DNA of 64,000 nt, taken from Balanoglossus misakiensis. Taxonomy: Eukaryota > Animalia > Hemichordata. The stretch lies in the NCBI GenBank assembly GCA_040954595.2, contig CM082578.2, forward strand, positions 15,360,998 to 15,424,997, read 5' to 3'. Every line of letters starts with the position of its first letter. The first letter of the stretch is position 1. A program made the position numbers and the translations under genes. Shown here in pieces: positions 49,107-60,906 of this stretch. The notes below the pieces were generated by a model. The model searched no databases, was not told where the DNA came from, and saw only the letters and a list, made by a program, of their open reading frames with translations.

Positions 49107-52100
49107 ATGTCGATCGCACGGAAGAATAGTAAAAGTAGGACGGCCAAGAACAGCAAGAACGCTGAATCCATTCTTCTGTCACCGGACGAAAACCAAAGGA
49201 TTTTCGAAAGCCTTGGCACCAATGCAAGTGTAAGTACTAAAGAGTAGGAACTTGTTAGCCTTATCAAGCCAATCGCTATAAATGCACCAAAGACATAGCC
49301 AAACCGTTTCTTATTTAGTATTGATAGTTCCAGCTTCGTTATAGAAGATTTAAGTTCATAAATTGCAGTGAACTGTAGCTGATAATCAAGAAGTGTTGAC
49401 GTCACATAGAGCTTGATTTCACAACAAACCAAGAACTTTGCCAATAATACACGGGCCAACGGTATAACCGACTGCAGCTTCGTCCAATTCTGGACTTCGA
49501 TCAACGCATTGATCGGTGACTGACACAAGTACATGCATATTGGTAAATCCAGACTTTGTGTCCGACGTACAAACGCCCTGTTTTGTCGTTGTTGATATAT
49601 TTCCAGTGTTTTAGGCTGCTTTATATAATAACCTCAATTACGTTTGTAGGTGCCTAGTGGTTCAAAACAAACTGTGTCATGTGCCAATTGATCGCATGAA
49701 TATTCTCCTTCACCCCCCCCCCTCCCTGTCTCCAGGGTCTGTGACATTTAAAGGTCACCAGATACAATACAACGTACCACATGTAGTAAATATTCTGAAC
49801 GGTGCTACCGTAACATCAGCACGTATCCAGGTGTCCCCAATGACAACACGGGCGTTTATTGTAATAAGGGTAAAGTAACTGTAACATCATTGTCACCCAA
49901 GTTTCAAGGTCAATGACAAAACATTGACAATGACGAAATAAAGCCAAAACGAATACCAATTACGTTGGCACCGTCCATGCAGTTAATATCAACAAACACA
50001 CGTGAATGACAAAACACTGAATTGTCAGCAACGTTGATTTATGTCATTGACAGTGTAAACCCACTTATTAACTTGTTCACTATTAAGACGCAATTGATCT
50101 CTTCTCAAGTATGCGAAATACTCTTGAACAGACAGAGTTGTATGGACGGGGAAGTAAAGCTTAGTAAGTACCTGTGATGCCAAGTGTAAGCTGCCACATC
50201 GCTTCCTCAACAACCAAATCAGATTAGATTTTATAATTTGGATTGAATGATACCACTATCATAAACAAACTAATTGTTTTGGTTTATTAAGTGCAAATGA
50301 CTTTATATAATCTGGATAAATAAAATATCCTCTTCCACCGCACTTCTGGATAAACAATGCTCAAAGACAGATGCACTATCTATTTGTGCCAGTATTCACA
50401 AACAAAACGGCAAATGTCCGGCCTTTATATAACATACAAATATTACATAATACAAACACAATCACATTATCATATTTAAAAAATTACTTACGTAAACTAT
50501 GACATATTATGTTACACGTGTTTCTGCGTGTCGCTAATACTCGGACGCTGGCTATACATTTAAAAAAATTATTTTGATATCTTACAGACACTTTCTACTG
50601 CTGTTGTTCAAGTATACCATGCATATCCTGTGCGGACAAAATGGACCAAGCAATGCTGTGGAGTGGCGTGTTTTGTTAAAGACGCCGACAAAAAATCTTT
50701 CTTTATCAGAGTATATGATTTACAGGTAAGTTAGGAATAATGTTTCTGGTTTTAGGGCATTTCGCTTGCTTCTACCAAGTACTATGGGAACTAATGCACT
50801 TAAAATCGATAAAAGTACATATCTTTTTTTTCTCTTTCTAGAAATCGACGATGGTTTGGGAACAGGAAATGTACAATAGGTTCACTTACAAAGCAGCTAG
50901 GAATTTCTTCCATACATTTGAAACTGATGTGAGTTGACCATTGATTATAATTCTCCACTCAATGTAGTCTCACTTGTCAGACCTCCAACCTTGGAGTGCT
51001 TGGAATGAACACAGACAATCTGGAATCGAACCTTTCAAGAAATTGGTTCACATGTCTACCTGCATAAGTATAGACCGTGACGTACTTTTTATCATTCACG
51101 ATACGCGATTTTGATCTTTTTTTCCCGGCAGGATTATCAAGCGGCTTTGAATTTTGCCAATGAAACGGAAGCAGAACGTTTCAAAGAAGTTATTCAAGAA
51201 AAAATGGACATGTTGGAAAAGAGAAGGAAAAGTAGGTTTATTATCGAGCAATACGATCGGAAAAAAATAAAAATCACGTAATTTCTCTGAGGATTATTGA
51301 TTTAGGTTCCCAAAAAATGAGAAAGGGAGAAAAAATAATGTATGTAGCGGATAATTATGAAGTTGAAATAGTATATTGACAGGGGTCTCGGTCCATCCCG
51401 ACAACAACACACAACACAATTTCTGTATCCGCCTATAAACAATATAATAAGTACAATATTTGATCCATACTTAGAGAAGAGGGAAGAACGAATGCAACCA
51501 GGTCTGTCATCTACAGAAACACCGCCATCTTTGCCTCCTGCCAGAACGCCCACGTCAACAACAGTCATTGAAATTTCAGAACCCAGTGAGTATATTCCAT
51601 CACTGATAGGATTTTGTCTCGAGTGAGTGCGATCACTGACATGTATGCATTCTTCTACTGAAACGGTCGGGTGGAACAATTCCAATAATTTACGAATTTA
51701 CCACATGTATCCAACCTTTCAAGTTTTAATTTTTCTCTTCTTATTGCAGACAATGTTCCAAATCGTTCGCCGCCAGGGAAACATAAAGATAAAAATAAGA
51801 AGAAAAGTAAAGGCGCAAGAAAGCTTTCAAAATTGTCCATCGGGGGACCAGTTGGTTTTAAGTAAGCATCCTTGGGTTGAAACCCCTTTTAATTGTGTGG
51901 CGATGGTTATGTGGATTGATTCCAGATATGTTTGAGAACTATCAACAAGACACAATTCAGGTCTCTGTAAACATGTACCACGAACATATTATAATGTACT
52001 AGTATCTCTAGTTAAGTAAACGGAAAGACTCCCAAGTATATAATATTAATACGGTCAGTAAACGATTTTCGTGCATTGTGTTTCATTTGGTCGTTTAAAA

Positions 52101-53887
52101 CGATTACATCTGCTTCTCGTAGACACGTTGGTCACTTTGGATGGAATGCTGAAGCGGGTTTTGACGTAAGTACATTTGTATCAGTATTTTGTTTCTGGTT
52201 TTCTGAAGATCAGGGCATTGATCTGGGATCCCACCAATAACATTCACGAGTATAGAGCTAAACTATTGTACTTCGCAATGACTGCCTTTTCATCAAAACA
52301 GACAAGAAACCTGGATCCAGATGTGAAGGCTGTGCTTGAAGAGGCCGGCCTCTCAGAAAATGACCTGAAGGACACAGAGACATCCAAGTTCGTTTATGAC
52401 TTCATTAAACGCCAAGGTGGTGTAGAGGCTATCAAGACAGAGAAAGAAAAAAATAGGAGAGGAAGTGAGTTTACATCTTTTTATAGTCTGCGCAGCCAGT
52501 GGCGCGAATGGGGACCAGACTAAAGTCAGTGTTCGAGCAAACAAACTTCATACGTGTACATGTAGTAAGAAAGGGAAAGTCCCCATCTTACTACTGCGCT
52601 GTCTACTACGGTGGTTCCTGTGACCTCAATTTGCTGTATGACATCCTTTTTAGATTTATACGGATATCGGAAGTTATTTGTTACGTGATCGCCATTGCTT
52701 ATCAAGCCGAGGCATGCACTACAATGTTCAAACCATATTTAAAAGTTATCCGGAACCAACCGTCATGCGCAGTAAAACTGGAGTGCCATGGTTTACTTTG
52801 TTTAAATTTTACATTGTGAGCAGAAAATGAAATAATTTTCTCTTCATTTGCATTGTTCCTTCTTTCAGCTGATCCACTTCCACCGTTGCCAACAGAAAGT
52901 GTAACCACGACGCAATTGCCACTACCAGCACCAACACCAGCACCAACAACCTCGTCATCGTCACACCAACCGCCACCACCACTACGAAACGCATCAAGGA
53001 CGACCCAATCACGATCTCCCCCACAGGTCGCAACGAAGCAACCAGCACTGCCGACTAAAGAGAAACCTCCTCCGCCTCTGCCAGACCGACAAGCCTCGCT
53101 TCGAATTCGAGAACGCCCTTCAGACCCCGTCCGTTCGTTACCACCCCCTCCCTCTTCTGATCCTGTTGCCGCTCCTGAACCATCGCCTCCGACCCCGGCC
53201 CCGTCTCCACCATCGGCCCCAGCCCCGGTCCCGCCCCCACCACCGCCGCCAGGACCGCCACCGCCACCTCTTCTTGGAACAGACGAACCTGCAGTGCCAT
53301 CCAGCACTGATTCGTCCAGAGGAGCTCTTCTGAATCAGATTCACCTGGGAGCTTCCTTGAAGAAAGTGGACCCGAGCGAAAGAACAGCGCCCCCAAGCGA
53401 TTCCCGGGGTGATCTATTGGCACAGATACGTCATGGCTTACAGCTTAAAACGGTAAGGCTTAAATTAAATATATATAGATTTTTATAGCTGACTAGAAAG
53501 TGATGTATAACCACAAATGTTGTTGTTATAGTTTGAACGTAGCTGTCACTGCCCGTTTTCGAGTTAATTGGCTGACTTTGAAACACCCACGTTTCAGGTT
53601 GAACCCAACGAAAGACCACAGCTGGCACCGACTGAGGCTTGTGGGATCGCCGGAGCACTGGCCAAAGCGCTCGCTCAACGCAGCAACGTCATGCACTCAT
53701 CTGGTGAGTTCAAAGGTTACCAGAGCTATCGCACAATGCTTTCTGCACCCTTGATGCATTTTAATAGCGTGGTCGGTCACTCAGAAGCAATATACGAGTT
53801 ATGACCATTCGTTCATTCTTCTTTCCAGATGAAGATGATGACGACATCGACGATGAAGACGACTTCGAAGATGACTGGAGTGATTAG
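49107..53887 (+). CDS. WASL: N-WASP/WASP-like paralogue B (tandem duplicate, divergent), ~541 aa
   Basis: Eleven in-frame exons with the same phases as paralogue A: 49107-49229, 50588-50725, 50842-50928, 51132-51231, 51475-51585, 51750-51861, 52123-52165, 52302-52464, 52869-53452, 53598-53703, 53829-53887. WH1, basic region, CRIB ([16 protein letters not shown]), [10 protein letters not shown], Pro-rich region, two WH2, central and acidic DDWSD* are all intact. Confidence 0.9.
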
Positions 53888-55385
53888 CATAACCTTCCTG
53901 TCACACTGTCCCTCTTTCAATATCTGCCAGGTCACGAACTCAGGAAGTTCGACAAATTTAGGAGGACATTTCCAAATTACTGAAAACAAACTTTTTCAGA
54001 TTTCCGCTCTGGCAGATAACAACACATACAGGGCAAATCAATGCGGCATGAAGTAAAGTAGGCTATAGGCCTACTGTAAATATTATTGTAATATATCCAA
54101 TTGGAATATATTACATCATTTGAATAGTCCTACGTCATTCTACGGGATGATCGGTCAGATCTGGGAATACTGCAGTGCGGACATATATGGATGGCCTCCG
54201 TGTGCTCGCAAACTGCCATGAAGTTTCTTTTGATAATTAAGACTTATAAATGGTAAACAAAAATCATCCGTTGGGTTTTCAGCAGAAATATTTACATCTC
54301 CTGACGAGTACACTCAATTGTCTGTGGTTTGTCCAAGATTGAAGTCTCATTTGTGATTTGGACACAGTTATACAAAGCGGCTAAAATGCAACCAGTTTTT
54401 GTCACCTGGTTACGGATATTGTATTATTAGGATGTATAAAACACTTGCCAGACTTGCTTACATTAAAATATTCGAAACATTGTATGAAATTGTTTAAGAG
54501 CGATTTTATGTGCTATCCACGGGACTTTGTATTTTCTACATCCGATGAATTATTAATTTTAAAAATATGAGAGAGATGTGATAAGTGGAAAACTCTTGTA
54601 ACATGACCCCCGGGCAAAAAAAATATGGCAACTTCCACCCCCCATACGAAATGGTGCAACCCTTAAAGCGACGAGTCCAGTGCACATCGAGTGTAGTGGC
54701 TGCCAGGTAAGAGCCATGTTTCATTGTGACCTTTAAAATTTGATGTTCCAGCACTGTACGTGTATAGTCAGTATGTGACGTACAGCCAATGCGTGGCAGG
54801 GCTGTATGTCTCACGACTACGCCTCCACGTCGGAAAGACACACACAGTCGGGCCAGGAGCCGGTGCCCTGCTACGTAGAGCTATAAAGCCACAAACAACT
54901 AAAGTCACTGCAAGGTCACACAATGCACTGGTAGTGCGTAGACTTTTGAGCTGTCTGCGATTGAATCACAGACTGTGGATATACATGATACAATACGGAA
55001 GAACCTCAAAACCGGTGTCATCTTCGCTGGCCAATTGGTATTAAAATGTATGTTGATTTCGGGGGGACCCCAAAGAAGTGGACAAGGAGACTTTGCCTTG
55101 AACCCAGCCTTCGTGTGTTTGTGGCTTTCGCTCACTCTATATACACGAATGCAAGGTTATATATACTAGGGAGACTGCTCTGGGACGAGCTATCCAAGCC
55201 GTGTTGACTGGACGATGAACTGGTGCATGCAAGCTGTGGCGCATGTGCATGATGTGACGTGGCATGTGACGCGGGGGTCGTGGATTGACAATATACGTCA
55301 ATCTGTCAATTCTCAACTCGCATACCAATACCATCCAGAAATGTTGTATCTTCGAGAAACATGCCAGTCTTACACCGGCAAATCC

Positions 55386-55395
55386 AAAATGGCGG
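55386..55395 (+). promoter_or_regulatory. YY1-type motif upstream of HAO paralogue 1
   Basis: AAAATGGCGG about 200 nt upstream of the ATG at 55593. Confidence 0.35.
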
Positions 55396-55592
55396 GCTCC
55401 AGAGAGTGCGTTTTGTAAAGCGACATCCAAAGGTTATTACAGTGTGATTATAGTAACATACTTTAGTATGAAAGCAACTGCAAACAAGATTCAAATCATC
55501 ATATACTAAATACACTGTTGGTTTTGGAACTGTAAGATTAATTTACACCGTCCTTTTTGTCTTTTTCAGAAACGCAAAATAAAGTGTGCAAC

Positions 55593-56696
55593 ATGACCAA
55601 ACCAATGCTTGTGTGTGTAAATGACTACGAGGCCTACGCGAAGGAACATTTAACTAAACATCACTTGCTATACTTTACAACAGGCGCTGATGAAGAAATA
55701 ACTTTGAGAGAAAACATACAGGCATTCAGACGTTTGAAGCTAAAACCAGCGATGCTACGGGACGTCTCAAACAGGGATTTGTCTGTAGCACTTCTCGGCC
55801 ACCGTATCGATTTCCCCATTTCGATTTCCCCGACCGCATTCCATGCTTTAGCTTGCCACGAAGGAGAAGTTGCAACTGCAAGAGCTGCCGAAGGAATGAA
55901 GACCTGTATGGCACTGAGTACATATTCCACAAAATCTATGGAAGAGGTCAGCCAGGCAGCGCCAGGTGGGCTCCGTTGGTTTCAGCTGTATGTATGGCGC
56001 CCCCGTACGATATCAGAGGCTCTGGTGAGACGGGCGGAGGCGGCTGGTTATAAAGCATTGGTTTTGACAGTTGATCTGCCCGAAGTGGGTAAAAGAAGAG
56101 GCATGGAATACATAGGTGGATTTAAACTGCCATCTCATATGGAGTTTCCACATCTTCCGAAGCAGTATCAAGAACAAGCAAAGGAAGATGTTCATCAAGA
56201 TTACGGAACCCCGGCAGGAATGGTTGACTCATCGCTGACCTGGGAATGCGTTGATTGGCTGAAATCCATCACCAATCTGCCCATTGTTCTGAAGGGCATT
56301 CTCAGCCCCGAAGATGCTCTGTTGGCTGTGCAGCACAAAGTTGCTGGTATCTTGGTGTCTAATCACGGAGGCAGACAGTTAGATTGTGTTCCTGCAACCA
56401 TAGAAGCCTTGCCCCAAATCGTGGAAGCAGTCAAGGGGAAAATTGAAATCTATTTGGATGGAGGTGTACGTACTGGTACAGATGTCTTCAAAGCATTGGC
56501 TTTAGGTGCCAAAGCTGTATTTGTTGGAAGACCAATAGTTTATGGGCTTTCATATGCGAGTGAAGAAGGGGTCAGACAGGTGTTGCAGATTCTGAAAGAT
56601 GAGTTGAGTTTGGCCATGGCTTTGTCTGGCTGCTCCAAGATCAGTGATATCAAACCGGAGTATGTCGTACATCAATCGTATTACGCAAAATTGTGA
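55593..56696 (+). CDS. HAO1: FMN-dependent alpha-hydroxy acid oxidase (glycolate/2-hydroxyacid oxidase, HAO family), paralogue 1, 367 aa, peroxisomal PTS1 -AKL
   Basis: Single-exon CDS. The first ATG after a splice acceptor (AG 55568-55569) is at 55593. Motifs: GADEEITL, LTVD, IVLKGI, SNHGGRQLD (catalytic His), DGGVRTGTDV, GRP; ends YYAKL*. Confidence 0.92.
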   Translation: MTKPMLVCVNDYEAYAKEHLTKHHLLYFTTGADEEITLRENIQAFRRLKLKPAMLRDVSNRDLSVALLGHRIDFPISISPTAFHALACHEGEVATARAAEGMKTCMALSTYSTKSMEEVSQAAPGGLRWFQLYVWRPRTISEALVRRAEAAGYKALVLTVDLPEVGKRRGMEYIGGFKLPSHMEFPHLPKQYQEQAKEDVHQDYGTPAGMVDSSLTWECVDWLKSITNLPIVLKGILSPEDALLAVQHKVAGILVSNHGGRQLDCVPATIEALPQIVEAVKGKIEIYLDGGVRTGTDVFKALALGAKAVFVGRPIVYGLSYASEEGVRQVLQILKDELSLAMALSGCSKISDIKPEYVVHQSYYAKL

Positions 56697-57208
56697 ATGA
56701 CAAAATGCGAATGTGAACGCCAAACGGAGAAAAACGAAGCATTGAGGACATACATGGAATAGCGATTACGAATGCCCTTACAATGTGTGTGACAATATAT
56801 GGATTTTTGTCTTTTGTCTAATGTTAGCCAGCAATATTCATCTAATTTGAATAATAGCGTGACTAAATATTTCAATACCAAAAGTAGCGACGATGATCCG
56901 AAATTAACAGGACTTTTAAAAGTGGGTCAGTAAATGTTTGGTTGAAATTATTCAGTCTTTGAATTGACAGCATAACTGCACAATCTTGAGACATGTAATC
57001 TTCGATTTATTGTAGAAAACTTCAATATTTTCACGATAACACAATTGGAAAAGTAAAAGTTGGTGAAAAACCTAAGGTAAAAGATTATGCAAGGATCGCT
57101 TTTTTGCTTGCCCATCGCATAGCTTTCTTGTATCCGTATGCAAGTCTTTCCAAGGACACCTGGTGAATAGATGGCGTAACTCTGATTTCAATCGGATTTC
57201 AACAAGAT

Positions 57209-57285
57209 CACGTGGCTCGAAATTCAATAATGAGTTGATTAGAACAAGTCGAACTGGGGGTGGTCTGTCGGGCCGATCACGTGAT
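57209..57285. promoter_or_regulatory. Two TCACGTG E-boxes upstream of the putative 5' UTR exon of HAO paralogue 2
   Basis: CACGTG at 57209-57214 and ATCACGTGAT at 57276-57285. A donor GTAAGT at 57402 and acceptor AG at 57674-57675 define a probable UTR intron. Confidence 0.4.
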
Positions 57286-57703
57286 AGATTAAATCTAATA
57301 ATTCATTATCACGCACTGAGTAACGGGTGCAACAAAGTCTGGTTCCCTGACAAAGTGGCCTTTTCTTTTTTCCTGCCGGGTACTACAATTAAAAGACACA
57401 TGTAAGTCATTTGCATCATTAAACGAGCTTCTTACAGGAGAGTCCTGTGCTCAACGGATTGTAACCAAAGTTCGGTGGTGAATATAAATACTTTGACTAT
57501 AGAGAAAATACAGAAATATATTTTCACTACGTTGCCAGGACCGTCCACTATTAGAGCGCTCAAATCACAACTTTGTGCTGTGTTAAACGGACTGAATAGA
57601 AATTATGTAATATAGAAGTCGTGGGGTTGCAGTTACATACAGGACTCTGATACTTTTTCGATATATCTCTTATAGAACTGTCTGGCTATTGACTTTGTTG
57701 AGA

Positions 57704-58801
57704 ATGCATAAACCAAAGCTGGTGTGTGTAGATGACTATGAAAGTCATGCAAGGCAACACCTGAGCGAGCCAACGAGGATCCATTTTGCATCTGGTGCTG
57801 ACGAAGAATTAACATTGAACGAGAACAAACAGGCATTCCGGCGTTTGAAAATAATACCCAGAGTTCTCAGGGATGTCTCAAACATCGATTTGTCTACATC
57901 CATTCTCGGCCAACACGTTGATTTCCCAGTTGGTATTTCACCGACCGGAAGTCACCGTTTGGCCTGCGATGAAGGGGAGATCGCCACAGCCAGAGCAGCA
58001 AAGGCCATGGAGACATGCATGGTGTTGAGTACTGGTGCAACAAGGTCCATAGAAGAGGTCAGCCAGGCGGCTCCTAACGGTCTCCACTGGTTTCAATTGT
58101 ACGTTCATCGCAATCGCGCGGGAACCGAAGATTTGGTCAGGAGGGCAGAAGCTGAAGGATTCAAGGCACTGGCGTTGACTGTTGATATGCCGTACATAGG
58201 AAAGCGACGGCAGTCGTGCACTAGCTTAGCAGTCGCCCCGCATTTACAACGCCCGCACATGCCAAAGACACTTTCCGAGGAGGTAATCAATAAAGTGACT
58301 GAAAGGACCTCTGCACCGTTGGCCTTGTTTGACTCATCGCTCACCTGGGAATGCGTTGATTGGCTGAAATCCATCACCAATCTGCCGATTGTTCTGAAGG
58401 GCATTCTCAGCCCCGAAGATGCTCTGTTGGCTGTGCAGCACAAAGTTGCTGGTATCTTTGTGTCTAATCACGGAGGCAGACAGTTAGATTGTGTTCCTGC
58501 AACCATAGAAGCATTGCCCAAAATCGTGAAAGCAGTCAAGGGGAAAATTGAAATCTATTTGGATGGAGGTGTACGTACTGGTACAGATGTCTTCAAAGCA
58601 TTGGCTTTGGGTGCCAAAGCTGTATTTGTTGGAAGACCAATAGTTTATGGCCTTTCATATGCGAGTGAAGAAGGGGCCAGACAGGTGTTGCAGATTCTGA
58701 AAGATGAGCTGAGTTTGGCCATGGCTTTGTCTGGCTGCTCCAAGATCAGTGATATCAAGCCGGATTATGTCGTGCATGAATCGTATTACGCAAAATTGTA
58801 A
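57704..58801 (+). CDS. HAO1: Alpha-hydroxy acid oxidase (HAO family), paralogue 2, 365 aa, PTS1 -AKL
   Basis: Single-exon CDS starting MHKPKLVCVDDYE after an acceptor at 57674-57675. Same FMN/catalytic motifs; ends YYAKL*. Confidence 0.92.
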   Translation: MHKPKLVCVDDYESHARQHLSEPTRIHFASGADEELTLNENKQAFRRLKIIPRVLRDVSNIDLSTSILGQHVDFPVGISPTGSHRLACDEGEIATARAAKAMETCMVLSTGATRSIEEVSQAAPNGLHWFQLYVHRNRAGTEDLVRRAEAEGFKALALTVDMPYIGKRRQSCTSLAVAPHLQRPHMPKTLSEEVINKVTERTSAPLALFDSSLTWECVDWLKSITNLPIVLKGILSPEDALLAVQHKVAGIFVSNHGGRQLDCVPATIEALPKIVKAVKGKIEIYLDGGVRTGTDVFKALALGAKAVFVGRPIVYGLSYASEEGARQVLQILKDELSLAMALSGCSKISDIKPDYVVHESYYAKL

Positions 58802-60906
58802 AACAACATACCTAAGGAGTCCTGTTCTAAGAGACATAATTTTTATCTACTAGTAAAAGAAAAAGATCAACATATTGCAAAGATTTGTCAGTCGCCTTGC
58901 GATCCATTTGTGTTGTGGTGGTGATATAATTGTAAAATATGTCGGATATCGTGGAAATGAATGGGTTCAATATGAATTGAAATGAAAAATGATTTTAAAG
59001 AAAAATAAGGTTCGGTAATAAGCAATTTCCTGCTTCTATGGTATTAAAAGTAAAACCTCACAAATATTTGCATTTACTTGATCACGTGATTGTATTTTGG
59101 TACCCCCCCCCCCTTATTGATAAATTAAACTTTCCATTTCTCCTGATATGTCTCATTCTACATCAACACTGAGCACTTCAGCGCAGATAAAGCTATAACT
59201 GGAAACATGTTATAGCGTGTAAATATATTAATAAACATACTGACTGTATTCATTTCATAAACCCAGGTCCAATCCAGCTTAGCTTTATAAAGCTGAATCT
59301 CCCCCACACTGTTAACAGATCAATACTTTGATCTCAAAAAGCTGATACAGTCTGTTACACGAGGTAGGTAATGTCCCGATGTTGCTTGTTAATATTTTAT
59401 TAACCTTTGGGTTAATCCGTCGTACATAACCATCTTATGTTGAATGTTTTTTTTCACTGGGTGACAGATTGAATGTTCTGATTGACACACTGCGCCTGAA
59501 TCCCCTTTCGGTGAAACAACTGCAGGGAAAAACGGTCTATACGAAGCCGTTCATAACACACGGCCATATTGTGCCAAAAAGTGATATATTCTGACCGCAT
59601 AACGGTGTGCTATTTCCTGTATCTGTTAAACTAGCCACAACAAAGTAGTTCAGATACCCAGCATCACTACCTTTGATTTGAAGGGATACGGTCTACAGTG
59701 GTATACTTTGGTGGCAACAGGCTCTGATAAGTGAGGACTAGTGAGAGATTGTTTTATTCTGACAAAAGAATACACGGTGGAAATGAGCTGCCTCTTCTGG
59801 CTATGTTTCATAATCGTGCCACCGCATTGTGAACTTGTCAAGACGCGTCAAATCTATAATAGCAATCATGAGCTGAACGTTGATCTGGACAAGTCTGGAC
59901 AAGCGTGAAATATGGATATCGTCAGGAGAACCAATCATATTCCGAAGTAGCAAGCACATATAAAGCGCGAGCGAAAATAGACCCCCCCCCAAAAAAAAAA
60001 CTAGGGATGGACTTTTTAATATTCCGGGGGGGGGGGGGTCTGATAGATTGAGACTATGCATGATTTTTAAAACCCCTGACGGTGTCTGCGTCGAATCTTT
60101 TCTCACACCTCTAAACGTGGGCAGATCTTTTCACATAATCGATTTCAGAAAATACAAAACACATATTTTGTGTTCAATAACCATTTGCAGATTTACAAAG
60201 CAGATTTCATTTCCCTGATTATTTCATTGAATATTAATACAATGCAATGGTCACCGCGCATTTTCATACCACTACGGCGACATATGATTCTAGCCACATT
60301 TCTCATATTACTGCGGGAAACAAACAGTTGGTCGCGTGATGAAGTTTAGGTGGTGTCGTCATCGCGAGATTGAGATCTCATATTTGCTGCATGCTTTGAC
60401 ACAAGTCACCATTGTATGTGCACTTTGATTTGTCAATATTGATACCGGGGCTGGTTAAACTGCAGGGAAGACTAAACAAGTCATTTTGCACTACAGGTAT
60501 TGTACTTATTTATTTGCATATTCCAGACGCTTAGGCCTATATAAACTTGTTCTGCTCAAAGACGCTTTTAATAGCAATTCTGTTCTGTCTAACTAATAGC
60601 CCGGCTCCAAAGAATACTTTACAACGTTTGCACGCTATGTCGCGTACAATGGTACCTGTATTTTGTCAGGTCGCATTCCTATAAGGTTATCAATCTGTAA
60701 AGCCTGTCTGACCTATGTGGTTAACGGTAATGATATATTTAAGTCTCTCTGATCACATACGAAGGCTGATGTTGATCCGCTGATATCTGTCTGTCTTTTT
60801 ATGCCATCGTTATCTCAAGAATGGCTGGTTGGATTTTAACCATATTTTGTGGCCCTTTCCGTCTCTTACAGAAAGGAGAAACGATTGGCTTTGTATCACA
60901 TAAAGA

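Noticed and set aside
50100-50169. Possible first exon of N-WASP B ending at GTAAGT 50164
   Set aside because: There is an in-frame TAA just before the donor. The true homologous exon 1 is 49107-49229.
54087-54115. AT-rich near-perfect palindrome TGTAATATATCCAATTGGAATATATTACA (and a hairpin at 30625-30673)
   Set aside because: Short, low-complexity and without TSD or family evidence; not supportable as a miRNA or mobile element.
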